Part shown: in pieces, positions 28,846 to 38,592 of the stretch | Position numbering within the stretch: the stretch's first letter is position 1 | How the letters are laid out: each line of letters starts with the position of its first letter | Assembly: GCA_029559035.1 (NCBI GenBank) | Contig: JAKQCT010000061.1 | Coordinates: 94,162 to 158,161, forward strand | Direction of reading: 5' to 3' | Source: Acidobacteriota bacterium | Lineage (GTDB): Bacteria; Acidobacteriota; UBA4820 | Length of the DNA: 64,000 nucleotides | Made by a program: the position numbers and the translations under genes | The notes under the pieces: model-generated | The model's database searches: none | The model's input: only the letters and a program-made list of their open reading frames with translations | Told to the model about the DNA's origin: nothing

Positions 28846-30072
28846 TCAGTCTGTTTTTACTTCTTTTTTTTCTCTGCTTGCAGGCACGAGGAAGATCATG
28901 AGGCCGAGCGCTGCGACGAGGAAGATCGAAACGAATACCGCTACCGTCCGCATCCCGTAAAGGTCCATGATCAGCCCGCCGGCGAAGGGGAAGGCGATCT
29001 GCGGGACCGTGTTCAAGAACCCGTGCCACGCCAGCACCGAGTGCCTGTCCTCGGGAGCGGGAAGCGCCATCATCCAGCTGTTCTGCGTCGTGAACTCCGA
29101 CGAGACATAGATCCCCAGCGCGACGGCCAGGAGGATGTAGGAGAAGGTGAAACTGCCGAAGATCATCAGCACCGTAGCTACGAGGAAAGCCGTCGTCGAG
29201 AAGACCACCGGGAACTTGTTGTTGACGCTGTCCCCCCACCTCCCCAGCGCAAGGCTCGCGACGGCCTGGGATAGGAGCAGGAAGACGCCGATCGAGATGG
29301 CGGCCGAGCTCGCCCCGTGCCTCTTCTCCATGTAATCGACGATATAGAAGGAGCTGACGATAAGGTAGCATCCCCTGAGTATCCACCTGAAGCCGCACAT
29401 CGGGATGAGCCAGTTGTATTTTTCCGCTAGCTTCCGAAAGGAGACATAAGGCGTTTCGTGGACGCCCTCGAAGCTCTCCTCCTTCGTCCCGAAGAAGAAG
29501 AAGGTCCCGACGAACATCGTCAGGAACGCGATGAGGAAGAGGACAGACGCCCTCGCCGCGTCGAAAGAAACCCCGTAGATGCGTGAGGCTGCCCATACGC
29601 CCAGCGCCCCCGTGAGTGTCTGGCAGAAGAAGATCAGGCCGAAGGCCCTCCCCCTCGCCGAGGGGTCGAGTATCTTCGCCATGTAGCTGAGCCATAGCGG
29701 CAGCACGAGTCCGATGGACGCGCAGTGGACGGCCCAGGCGATCAATATCACCGCGGCCGGCTTGCCGTAACCTCCGTAGAGCATTATCGATACGGCCAGC
29801 AATGGAAGCGTTACCGGGATGTGAAGAAGTATCAGGGGAAGTTTAAGCTTCCCCGCGCCGCCGAACAGCTTCGGGGAAAGCAATTGGGGAATCCCGACTC
29901 CGACGGAAGCGATGACCGGAACGAGGGCGATCTCGATATGGCTGGCTCCCAGGTCCTTCAGGATGACGGGTAGAATGGCGGACATCGAGATGATGTTCAT
30001 CCCCGCCCCCCAGAAAAGTTCTACGAGGCCCAGGAAAACCGTGTTCCGGGCGTGGACGCGTCCCTGTTCCAT
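28846..30072 (-). CDS. MFS transporter
   Basis: 12 predicted TM helices; MFS-like loop motifs. Confidence 0.7.
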   Translation of the reverse strand: MEQGRVHARNTVFLGLVELFWGAGMNIISMSAILPVILKDLGASHIEIALVPVIASVGVGIPQLLSPKLFGGAGKLKLPLILLHIPVTLPLLAVSIMLYGGYGKPAAVILIAWAVHCASIGLVLPLWLSYMAKILDPSARGRAFGLIFFCQTLTGALGVWAASRIYGVSFDAARASVLFLIAFLTMFVGTFFFFGTKEESFEGVHETPYVSFRKLAEKYNWLIPMCGFRWILRGCYLIVSSFYIVDYMEKRHGASSAAISIGVFLLLSQAVASLALGRWGDSVNNKFPVVFSTTAFLVATVLMIFGSFTFSYILLAVALGIYVSSEFTTQNSWMMALPAPEDRHSVLAWHGFLNTVPQIAFPFAGGLIMDLYGMRTVAVFVSIFLVAALGLMIFLVPASREKKEVKTD

Positions 30073-30081
30073 TTGAAAGGG

Positions 30082-32238
30082 TCAGCTTTCCCTGGGGACT
30101 ATCTCCGCGAAGTCCGCGATCTTGTAGAAGAGCTTCGTCAACCTTTCGAGAAGGGCCAGCCGGTTCTGCTGGACCGCCGTCTTCTGCGGGTCCTTTCCTT
30201 CCGGGTCGCACATCACCAGGACCTCGTCGTAGAACTTGTCGACGTGGGGCCTCAGGGTGGCTATCGAACGCAGTGCCCCGCGGTATTCGCCCCTCGCGAT
30301 GTCCTCTTCCGCCTTGTCCTTTATCTGGATGTACGCCTTGTGGAGTTCCCTTTCGCAGACGCCTTCCTTCGAATTCTCCGGCAGGAACTTTGCCGGGTCG
30401 AGGCGGTACGAGGGAAGGCCCTTGAGGATGTTCCTGGATCGCTTGAAGGCGACTCCCAGGGCGTCGAAGTCCTCGCGGTGCTCCTGCCTCACGGCGTTGA
30501 GCGCGGAGAGCCTCTCCCCCATGTCGATGAGGTTGTTCATCGGGGTGGCAAGGACCGCGTTTATCTCGTCGTACTGGAACCTGGACTTGCCGTCGGGGCT
30601 TTTCGCGTTCTCGAAGAAATGCCGCAGCCTCTCTTTGAGGAATTCGAGCAGTTCCGGGCAATCCTTGCCGTACCACCTTCTGGCCAGTTCCTCGAGCGAA
30701 ACCTTCGGCTTCGCTCCACCTTCGTAAAGGGAAGCGTCGGCAAGTATCTCGACCACCATCTTTCCCGCGCGCCTGAGGCCGAACGGGTCCTTCGAACCAG
30801 TAGGAGTTTCCTTTATCTTGAAGAACTCGATCAGCGTGTCGAAACGGTCCGCCACGGTGACGGCGAGGGAATAGGGGCTCGCCTTTCCGTCCTCTCCCAT
30901 AACGGGCTGGTAATGCTCAGATATAGCGCGTGCGATCCTCGGGTCCTCGCCCTGCGACTCGGCGTAGAGCCCGCCGGCGACGCCCTGCAGCGAGGTGAAT
31001 TCCTTCTCCTGGACCAGCAATGAAGCGAGGTCGCACTTGGAAAGGAGGGCGGCCTTCGCGGCGACGTCCGGATCTATGGAGAAGAATGGCGCCAGCTCCC
31101 TCGCGTAGCGCTCCATCCTTCTGGATTTATCGTAGTAGGTCCCGATCTTGGGGTGGTAGAGGATGCCCTTGAGTTCTTCCAGCCGCTTTTCCAGCTTCAC
31201 CGCCTTGTCGTGCTCGTAGAAGAACTTGGCGTCCTGGAGCCGCGCGATGGTGACGTTCTTCAACCCTTCGAGTATGGTCCTTGTCTCTCCCAGGGTCCGC
31301 GGGCCGTCGCACACGGCGAGGAAGTAAGGCAGGATCTCGTGCTTCGAACCGATCCCATTCTTATAGACGCTGAAGAACTTCTGGTGCTCCCTGAGGCAGG
31401 TCGAGAGAACGGGCGTCGGAAGCGACAGGAATTCCTGGGGTATCTCTCCGAGCACCACCGACGGGAACTCCGAGAGGAAGATTACGGACTTTAGAAGCTC
31501 CTCAGTTTCGGGTTTGTCGTCATGCCATTTGCCGTCAACCGATTCGGCCAGGTCGCCCAGCGCCCTGAGGATCTTTTTCCTTCTCTCCTCGATGTCGGCT
31601 ATGACATGCTCGTGCTTCAGCGTGTCGAAGTAGGCCGTGGGGTCGGCCACGACCGCGCCTTCCTTGCCGAAAACCCTGTGGCCCCGCGTCGTGTTGCCCG
31701 CTTCGACTCCCTTGATGTTCATGGGGACGACTTTCGTGTCGAGAAGCGCCAGGACCCATCTGACCGGCCTCACGAATTCGTGCTCTCCGTCCCCCCATTT
31801 CATCGATTTGGGAAGGTAAAGGGAATCGACGGCCGCCGGGATCACTTCGGCGAGGATCTCCTCCGCCGTTCTTCCTTTTACCTGGACCTCCGCGCCGACG
31901 ACCTTGCCCTTGGGGCCTTCGATCACCTTCAGTTCTTCCAGCTTGAGGCCGTTCTTTTTCGCGAAACCTTCGGCGGCCTTGGTCCACTCTCCATTGTCAT
32001 TCATGGCTATGGAAGCGGGCGGCCCCAGAAGGGTCTCGTCGCTGTCCGGCTGTTTTTCAGCGATGTTCCAGATACAGAGCCCGATCCTTCTGGGAGCCCC
32101 GAACTTCTTTATCGCTTCGAAAGGAATCCTCTTCTCCGCGAGCCTCGCCCTCACCTTGTCCTCGAGTTCTCCGACAAGAGCGGGTATCATGTTCGACGGG
32201 ATCTCCTCCGTGCCTATCTCTATGATGAAGTCAGCCAT
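30082..32238 (-). CDS. glyS: glycine--tRNA ligase beta subunit
   Basis: Start taken at MADFIIEIGTEEIPS (the track ORF carries an N-terminal artefactual extension); full-length GlyS with C-terminal anticodon-binding region. Overlaps glyQ by 8 nt. Confidence 0.9.
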   Translation of the reverse strand: MADFIIEIGTEEIPSNMIPALVGELEDKVRARLAEKRIPFEAIKKFGAPRRIGLCIWNIAEKQPDSDETLLGPPASIAMNDNGEWTKAAEGFAKKNGLKLEELKVIEGPKGKVVGAEVQVKGRTAEEILAEVIPAAVDSLYLPKSMKWGDGEHEFVRPVRWVLALLDTKVVPMNIKGVEAGNTTRGHRVFGKEGAVVADPTAYFDTLKHEHVIADIEERRKKILRALGDLAESVDGKWHDDKPETEELLKSVIFLSEFPSVVLGEIPQEFLSLPTPVLSTCLREHQKFFSVYKNGIGSKHEILPYFLAVCDGPRTLGETRTILEGLKNVTIARLQDAKFFYEHDKAVKLEKRLEELKGILYHPKIGTYYDKSRRMERYARELAPFFSIDPDVAAKAALLSKCDLASLLVQEKEFTSLQGVAGGLYAESQGEDPRIARAISEHYQPVMGEDGKASPYSLAVTVADRFDTLIEFFKIKETPTGSKDPFGLRRAGKMVVEILADASLYEGGAKPKVSLEELARRWYGKDCPELLEFLKERLRHFFENAKSPDGKSRFQYDEINAVLATPMNNLIDMGERLSALNAVRQEHREDFDALGVAFKRSRNILKGLPSYRLDPAKFLPENSKEGVCERELHKAYIQIKDKAEEDIARGEYRGALRSIATLRPHVDKFYDEVLVMCDPEGKDPQKTAVQQNRLALLERLTKLFYKIADFAEIVPRES

Positions 32239-33097
32239 TTTTCTTCTCCACGAGGCCCTGCGATTCGAGGTACTTGCGGGCGGAAAGTATCGCGAGCCTC
32301 CTGACCCTCTTGATGAGGTCCTGCCGCGCGGAGACCGAAATGGCGCCACGGGCGTCGAGGACGTTGAAGATGTGGCTCGCCTTCAGGCAGAAATCGTAGC
32401 CGGGAAGATAGAGGTCGTTGTTCAGGAGCCTCACGCACTCGGCCTCGCACTCGTTGAACCATTTTCCGAAGAGCTCGATGTTGGCGGCGGAATAGTTGAA
32501 GATGGAGAACTGCTTCTCCGTCTCGCGCCGCATGTCGCCGTAGGTGAAACGCTCGTTCCAGTGAAGGTCGTATATGTTGCCTATCCTGTTGAGGAACATG
32601 CAGAGCCTCTCTATGCCGTAGGTTATCTCGACCGTCACGGGCTTCAGCTCGAAGCCGCCCGACTGCTGAAAGTATGTGAACTGCGTGATCTCGGTCCCAT
32701 CCAGCATAACCTGCCAGCCGACGCCCCAAGCTCCGAGGGTCGGGGCTTCCCAGTTGTCCTCCTCGAACTTGAGGTCGTGCTTCTTGAGGTCTATGCCGAA
32801 GAACTCGAGGCTCCTGAGGTATTTCTCCTGGATGTCCTCGGGGCTCGGCTTCACTATGACCTGGAACTGGTGGTGCTTCTCGACCCTCTGGGGGTTCTCC
32901 CCGTACCTGCCGTCCCTGGGCCTGCGGCACGGCTCCACGTAGGCGCTTGCGTAAGGCTTCGGGCCGAGCACCCTGAAGAAGGTCTCGGGGTTCATTGTCC
33001 CGGCGCCTTTCTCGAGGTCGTATGGCTCGGCGATCAGGCACCCCTCTCCCGCCCAGAATTCCTTCATTTTCCGGATAAGTTCCTGTATGGTTATCAT
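32231..33097 (-). CDS. glyQ: glycine--tRNA ligase alpha subunit
   Basis: MITIQELIRKMKEFW...highly conserved GlyQ sequence; 288 aa. Confidence 0.9.
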   Translation of the reverse strand: MITIQELIRKMKEFWAGEGCLIAEPYDLEKGAGTMNPETFFRVLGPKPYASAYVEPCRRPRDGRYGENPQRVEKHHQFQVIVKPSPEDIQEKYLRSLEFFGIDLKKHDLKFEEDNWEAPTLGAWGVGWQVMLDGTEITQFTYFQQSGGFELKPVTVEITYGIERLCMFLNRIGNIYDLHWNERFTYGDMRRETEKQFSIFNYSAANIELFGKWFNECEAECVRLLNNDLYLPGYDFCLKASHIFNVLDARGAISVSARQDLIKRVRRLAILSARKYLESQGLVEKKNG

Positions 33098-33101
33098 CTC
33101 T

Positions 33102-33824
33102 CTACATCCCGATCCGGAGCGTGTTTATATCGCTCCCCAATAGGTGGTAAATGTTGAAATATAGCATAGTTTCCAGCTCTTTTGGAAATGTTTGCCCCTT
33201 CTTTTGAGAGAGTCCCGCCGGGGGCTTCGAGAAAACCTCTTTGATGAGATTCACCGATTCGGCGCCAAGTAGAAAGCCGCCCTCCTTGTGGCATTTCGGG
33301 CAGAGCCAGCCGCCCTCCTCCTTCTGGAAAGCCCTGGGAATGTCCGCAGACCCGCACTTCCCGCAAAGGCCGGGAGAAGAAAGGACCCCTTCCAGCTTCA
33401 GGAGCCAGTAAAGAAAGTAGTTGAAGACCCATCTCGGGGGGGCTTTCTCTTTCATAGCCGACACCGAAGCCCTGACCAGCCTGAATATCTCTTCCTCGGC
33501 CTGCCCCTCGACCATCGCCCTGCACAGGATCTCCGAGATGGCGAACGCCGCCTTCGAGCTTTCCGTATCCGAAAAGAGGGAAAAGGCGCTTGAGACAAGT
33601 TCCGCCTGCCTCAGAGTGCCGAGGTCGCTCCCCTCCTTCTTCACGAACTCGATCTCCACAAGGTTCATGGTCTCGATGTTCCCGCGGAAGGGGGATTTTT
33701 GCCTTTTCGCGCCTTTCGCTACCAGCTTGATGGCGCCTGCTTCCCGGGTGAAGAAATGTACAATGAAGGATGATTCGGTGAAATCGTATTTCCTGAGGAC
33801 AAAAGCTTCAGCCTTTGTCAGCAC
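33102..33824 (-). CDS. recO: DNA repair protein RecO
   Basis: N-terminal OB fold (AFVLRKYDFTESS) and C-terminal zinc finger CGKCGS...CPKCH. Located immediately upstream of glyQS, as in many bacteria. Confidence 0.8.
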   Translation of the reverse strand: MLTKAEAFVLRKYDFTESSFIVHFFTREAGAIKLVAKGAKRQKSPFRGNIETMNLVEIEFVKKEGSDLGTLRQAELVSSAFSLFSDTESSKAAFAISEILCRAMVEGQAEEEIFRLVRASVSAMKEKAPPRWVFNYFLYWLLKLEGVLSSPGLCGKCGSADIPRAFQKEEGGWLCPKCHKEGGFLLGAESVNLIKEVFSKPPAGLSQKKGQTFPKELETMLYFNIYHLLGSDINTLRIGM

Positions 33825-34995
33825 CGGACCGCTCCGCCGAACGGGCGAGCCCCGCGAAGAAAGCGAAAAGGCCCGCGACCTCGGCGTCCCCCAGATTGTA
33901 TTCGAAGAGCCCTCCGAGGAGGAAATAACAGCAGATGGCGAGGAAGCCCCATTTCGAAGGACTCCCGCTTTTGATGATGGAGAGCAGGAGGACGGCTATG
34001 AAAGCGAGATACCCGGCGAGCCCGACTATCCCGCTCTCGACAAGCACCATAAGGTAGCTGTTGTGGGTGTGGCATTCGGTATTGAATCCCACCTTGTGGG
34101 GATAGACGACCCTGTCGTTGTATTTATCCCTGAACTCCTTCGAGTTGGCGGTGTAGCAGCCGGGGCCCCAGCCGAAGACCGGTTTTACCGCGGCCATCTC
34201 CATCCCGCTCCTGAAAAGATATACCCTTTCCGCGAAGGAGCCGTTCTTCATGCTGAAAAGGTTGAACGCTCTCTCTTTCACATGCCGCGGAGAAACAATG
34301 AACACAACGATAAGGATGGCCGCCGCCGAGGCCAAAGCTTTCAGGATGTGGCGCTTCGACGACCCGTAAAGCAGAACGGGAAGACAGAGGATCATCACCA
34401 GCAGATACCCTCTGGACTGGCTGAGGAGCAGGCACAGCATGGCCGCGGAAGCACCCGCGACCAAGATCTTTTTCCTCTCTCCGTAGATGATCCCCGCGAG
34501 GAGGAACAGCAGGATGATCCCCATGAACCCGGCGAACGTGAGGTGATGGCTGAAGAAACCGGTTGAAGGGTCCGACCCGATGGGCATTTTCGAGAAGAGC
34601 CTCTGCTTGTGGAAGTTGGTGCCGAAGAGGAATTCGACGACAGCCATCGCCGCGGCGAAGAGCGAACCGATCGCGAGGAACGCCCTGAACTTCGGGAGCT
34701 TTTCCACGCAATAAGGCGACAGGCCGTAGCCCGCCATGAACCCTGCCGCGAGCGCCCACCAGTCCCTGATCCCCTTCAAGGCCGCGTGAGTGTCGGCGCT
34801 GAAGAAGACGGAAAACAACTGCGTGACGATAAAAATGAAAAAGAAGATTAGCTGCATGTTGACGGGGATCTTTTTCGCGGCCAGCTTCACGATGCAGAAG
34901 ATGAAGAGCGCCGCGAGGCAAAGGTTCTGGACGAAGATGGAGAGCGGCGAACCCGCGCCGTAAAGGTAGAAGAGGAAAAGCTCAGCGTTCGGCAA
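33808..34995 (-). CDS. O-antigen ligase (WaaL/Wzy_C) family membrane protein
   Basis: Multi-TM protein with a periplasmic loop containing HNSYLMVLVESGIVGL (O-antigen ligase signature). Confidence 0.7.
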   Translation of the reverse strand: MPNAELFLFYLYGAGSPLSIFVQNLCLAALFIFCIVKLAAKKIPVNMQLIFFFIFIVTQLFSVFFSADTHAALKGIRDWWALAAGFMAGYGLSPYCVEKLPKFRAFLAIGSLFAAAMAVVEFLFGTNFHKQRLFSKMPIGSDPSTGFFSHHLTFAGFMGIILLFLLAGIIYGERKKILVAGASAAMLCLLLSQSRGYLLVMILCLPVLLYGSSKRHILKALASAAAILIVVFIVSPRHVKERAFNLFSMKNGSFAERVYLFRSGMEMAAVKPVFGWGPGCYTANSKEFRDKYNDRVVYPHKVGFNTECHTHNSYLMVLVESGIVGLAGYLAFIAVLLLSIIKSGSPSKWGFLAICCYFLLGGLFEYNLGDAEVAGLFAFFAGLARSAERSGADKG

Positions 34996-36121
34996 GGGCT
35001 ATCTCCATCACTTTCTTTATCTGGATACCGGGATTGAAGCTTTTCAAAACCCTCTCCCTTCCCTTGCTTCCCATCTCTCCGCGCAGTTCCGGTGAAACGA
35101 TAAGCTTTTCGACCGCTTCGCGGAGATGCTCTTCCTCCTTAGGAACCACAAAGCCGGTGACTCCGTCCTCGACTATCTCCTGCAGGGCACCGCTCTTCGT
35201 GACAACGACGGGGAGGCTCCTCGCCATCCCCTCAACCGACACGAGGCCGAAAGGCTCCTCCCACACCGAAGGCACCACAAGTATGTCCATCCCGTCGTAA
35301 AAATCCCTTCCCTCTATCATGCCCGTGAAACGGACCTTATCCCCGCCGGGGAAGCCCGACGCCAGCTTCTTTATTTCGTCCTCTTCTTTTTTGTTCTCGA
35401 AATCGGAGCTTCCCGCGACAACGAGACGAAGCGACGGATGGATCGTCAGAAGAGGAAGCAGCGCGTTCAGGAAGAGCCTCTGCCCTTTCGTCGGGGAGAT
35501 CCTTCCTATGACCCCCGCCGCGATGTCGGAACCGCCGATGCCGAGCCTATTCCTTATCTCAGCCCTGCGCGAGGGTTCGGAGAGGAATTCGGGGCTCACC
35601 CAGTAGGGAACTGTCTGCATCTTCCCGGGTTTTACCGATGTGAACGGGGCTGAGACCTTTTTCGAGCACGCTACGGCCGACCTCACCACATCGCTTTTCA
35701 GCAGATGGGAGATCAGCATCTTCTCGGCTCCCCTCTCGAAGAGCAGGTGAAGCTGAAGATGGACCGGCACCCCGGCGCCCTTCCCAGCCATCACGCAGGG
35801 AAGGAATATCCTCGGGCCGTTGGCGAATATGAGATCGGCCTTCAGCTCGTCCGCGATGTCGGAGATGCGGTTCGACGCCCTCATGCACCTCGGCGGGTAG
35901 GCGATCTTCTCGAAGATATTTTTCCTGCCGGCCGTCATCCCCGGAAAGGGAAAAGCGAAGAACGGTATCCCTTTTTCAGCCGCGGCCTTCGTCACGTAGC
36001 CCTCATCGGGTAGCATCAGGAAGGGAGAGTGGCCGTTTTCCAGCGACCAGTTCATGAGGTCGAGGAGGACCCTCTGGCCTCCGCCGAGCGACGAGTTCTG
36101 GTCGACGAAGAGTATCTTCAC
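34982..36121 (-). CDS. glycosyltransferase family 4 (GT-B)
   Basis: EPFGLVSVEGMARSLPVVVTKSGALQEIVEDGVTGFVV (the E-x7-E region of GT4). Confidence 0.85.
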   Translation of the reverse strand: MKILFVDQNSSLGGGQRVLLDLMNWSLENGHSPFLMLPDEGYVTKAAAEKGIPFFAFPFPGMTAGRKNIFEKIAYPPRCMRASNRISDIADELKADLIFANGPRIFLPCVMAGKGAGVPVHLQLHLLFERGAEKMLISHLLKSDVVRSAVACSKKVSAPFTSVKPGKMQTVPYWVSPEFLSEPSRRAEIRNRLGIGGSDIAAGVIGRISPTKGQRLFLNALLPLLTIHPSLRLVVAGSSDFENKKEEDEIKKLASGFPGGDKVRFTGMIEGRDFYDGMDILVVPSVWEEPFGLVSVEGMARSLPVVVTKSGALQEIVEDGVTGFVVPKEEEHLREAVEKLIVSPELRGEMGSKGRERVLKSFNPGIQIKKVMEIALAER

Positions 36122-37248
36122 CGGTCCTCCCGCCTGGAAGCCACGAATTCCGATATCTCGCGGACGAAGCGCTCCTTCGAGAACTTCTTCGCGTTCTCCG
36201 TCATCGCTTCCCTTCGGAAGTTCTTCTCGATCCTCTCGAACTTCCTGACAGCCCCGGCTAACGAATCCGAGTCCTGGCTGTCGAAGAAGATCCCCGTCGC
36301 GGATGAATAATCTTCCCCCGCGGGAGGAACAACGGTCTCGAGAGCCCCTCCCCTGCCGTAGGCTATCACCGGCGTCCCGAGAGCCTGGGCTTCGACAGGA
36401 AGTATCCCGAAATCCTCGAGGGCCGGAAATATGAGGGCGCGCGCGGAGGCGATCTCCCTTCTCAGCTCGTCCTTCGGAAGATGGCCGAGAAAAGTGACGT
36501 TGTCCGGTGCGGTCTTTTGGAGCTCCGCGAGCTGGGGCCCTCCTCCGGCGATCCTGACGGGCGCTCCGATCTTCCCGGCGGCTTCTACGACAAGGTCCGC
36601 CCTCTTGTACTGCACCAGCCTCGAAGCGAAAATGAAATGGCCGCCCTTCGGCGTCCCTTCTTCAAGAGGTTCTACTCCGCATGGCGGATAGATCGTCACG
36701 GCCTCTTTTCCCCAGCAGTTCTTTATCCGCGAGGCGATGAAATTAGAATTGGAGACATAGTAGCGAGCCCTCGAGGAGACGCGCCTGTCCCACCTCCTGA
36801 TGTAAGAAAGCGCCGCCTTCGCCAGCCACGACTTGGGCCCGGACGCCATCCCCGATAGTGCCAGGTATTCGTCCATCATGTCCCAGGCGTACCTTATCGG
36901 AGTGTGGCAGTAGCAGATGTGGAGCTGTTCCGGCGTTGTTCTCACCCCGTGAGCCACGCAGTGGGATGAGGATATGACAACGTCGCAGTCTGTTATCTTC
37001 AGCCTTTCCACCGCGAAGGGGAAAAGCGGCAGAAGCTTCCTGTACCGCCTGCGCGCCCATTTCGTGTCGAGGAAGGTCGTGTGGATACGGCATTTCGAGA
37101 TCGGCGACGAGGCGAAGTTCTCCGGGTCGTAGAAGAGGGTGTGGATGTCCTTCGGCAGGAATGTTTCGACCAGGGCCTCGACGACGCTCTCCGCGCCGCC
37201 GAAATCGACGAGCCAGTCGTGCACCAGCGCAACTCTCATTTCATCCAT
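36118..37248 (-). CDS. glycosyltransferase family 4 (GT-B)
   Basis: N-terminal VALVHDWLVDFGGAE and C-terminal EDFGILPVEAQALGTPVIAYGRGGALETV. Confidence 0.85.
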   Translation of the reverse strand: MDEMRVALVHDWLVDFGGAESVVEALVETFLPKDIHTLFYDPENFASSPISKCRIHTTFLDTKWARRRYRKLLPLFPFAVERLKITDCDVVISSSHCVAHGVRTTPEQLHICYCHTPIRYAWDMMDEYLALSGMASGPKSWLAKAALSYIRRWDRRVSSRARYYVSNSNFIASRIKNCWGKEAVTIYPPCGVEPLEEGTPKGGHFIFASRLVQYKRADLVVEAAGKIGAPVRIAGGGPQLAELQKTAPDNVTFLGHLPKDELRREIASARALIFPALEDFGILPVEAQALGTPVIAYGRGGALETVVPPAGEDYSSATGIFFDSQDSDSLAGAVRKFERIEKNFRREAMTENAKKFSKERFVREISEFVASRREDR

Positions 37249-37269
37249 CGGCCTTCCAGGCTCCGGCTC

Positions 37270-38481
37270 CTACTTGATCAGCCAGAGCTCCGTCTGAAGG
37301 TGGGAAAGGTATTTCGCGCCGTCCTCGGCGACGATGACGTCCTCCTCTATCCCGATCGCGCCCATTCCAGGAACTTTGAGGGACGGCTCCAGGGTGAAGA
37401 CCTGGTTCGCGCCCAGTTTCATGAAGGGCGTGTTCTTGTACCTCGCCCACGCGGGCCCGAGGAGCGCTCCGCCGTCGTGGACGTAACGGCCGAGCTGGTG
37501 GCCGAGGGCGTGAGGGTATTCGGGGTATCCGTTCTTCGTCACGTGGCCTCTCGTTATGTTGTCGAGCTCTATGCCCTGCGCTCCCGGCCTGAGGGCTTTT
37601 CCGCTCTCGACGATCGCGTCCCTGATGGTGTTGAATCCCTTCACCGCCGCTTCGGGGGCTTTGTCCTCCCCGTCCTTCAAAATGTACCAGGTCCTCTGGA
37701 GGTCCGACGCGTAGCCGTTGTAGAAGACGCCCATGTCGACGTGCAGGAGGTCGCCCTTCTGGATCTTATTGTCCGTCACCTGGCCGTGACCCATGCCGTC
37801 GCCCCTGTCCCCCGAAAAGACGAGGGTCTCGAAGCTGGGCTTCAGTCCGCGCGAAGCGAACCTCTCCTGGATGAAGTCGTAGACCTCCCTCTCGGTCCTA
37901 CCGGCCTTCAGAAAACCGGAGATCTCGGTGAATATTTCTTCCGTGACCTCGACCGCCTTTTCTATATATTCTATTTCCATTGGGCTCTTCTGCGAGATGA
38001 GGCTGCCGATCACTTCTTCGGCGGAAACGATCTCCGCTCCAGGGACCGCTTCCTTTATCATCTTCTCCATGTAGACGTACTTTCCGTAAGTGATTCCGTC
38101 GGCCGAGGCGTCCGAGAAGGAATAGTTGAGCGCCACCTTCTTCGGCGAATGCTCCTTCATGAGCTGGGTCATCGGCTCCCTGAAGTCCTGGACGTATGGC
38201 AGCATCTTCGTGTAGAGCTTGGAATCCCTGAAGGGCTGTTCGTCGAACTGGCCGAGGATCACGAATTTCTCTCCGCTTTTGGTGATGACCACCGCGCTCT
38301 CCCAGGTGAGATCCGACACGGCGATGTAATCGAAGATCCTCTCCCTTCCGGCCGAGGTCTCCTGCACGAAAGTGATCCACATGTCGATGTCTTTTTCCCT
38401 CAGGAGCTTCGAAGCCTGCTCCAGCTTCTGTGCCACGATCTCAACCGGCGCGAAATCTTTTCCCATAGCATCCTCCTTCAA
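37270..38481 (-). CDS. M24 family metallopeptidase (Xaa-Pro aminopeptidase/prolidase-like)
   Basis: Creatinase N-domain plus pita-bread domain with metal ligands (DLLHVDMG, HGxGHxxG-like HALGHQLG, EPSL...E). Confidence 0.85.
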   Translation of the reverse strand: MKEDAMGKDFAPVEIVAQKLEQASKLLREKDIDMWITFVQETSAGRERIFDYIAVSDLTWESAVVITKSGEKFVILGQFDEQPFRDSKLYTKMLPYVQDFREPMTQLMKEHSPKKVALNYSFSDASADGITYGKYVYMEKMIKEAVPGAEIVSAEEVIGSLISQKSPMEIEYIEKAVEVTEEIFTEISGFLKAGRTEREVYDFIQERFASRGLKPSFETLVFSGDRGDGMGHGQVTDNKIQKGDLLHVDMGVFYNGYASDLQRTWYILKDGEDKAPEAAVKGFNTIRDAIVESGKALRPGAQGIELDNITRGHVTKNGYPEYPHALGHQLGRYVHDGGALLGPAWARYKNTPFMKLGANQVFTLEPSLKVPGMGAIGIEEDVIVAEDGAKYLSHLQTELWLIK

Positions 38482-38592
38482 AGGCGGTGGAATTTCTCGA
38501 ACAATAAGTATAAAGAAAACAGTCTCCGATTGAAAGGCTGGGAAGAAGCGGGCGGTTCTCCGTTATGATAGAATTCCTTTTCAGGGGGTAAC

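Noticed and set aside
28802-29695. 297-aa minus-strand ORF
   Set aside because: It is a shifted frame of the MFS transporter 28846..30072, with an Arg/Gly/Leu-rich artefactual sequence.
37081-38568. 495-aa + strand ORF
   Set aside because: It is antisense to the GT4 and M24 peptidase genes, which have clear motif support.
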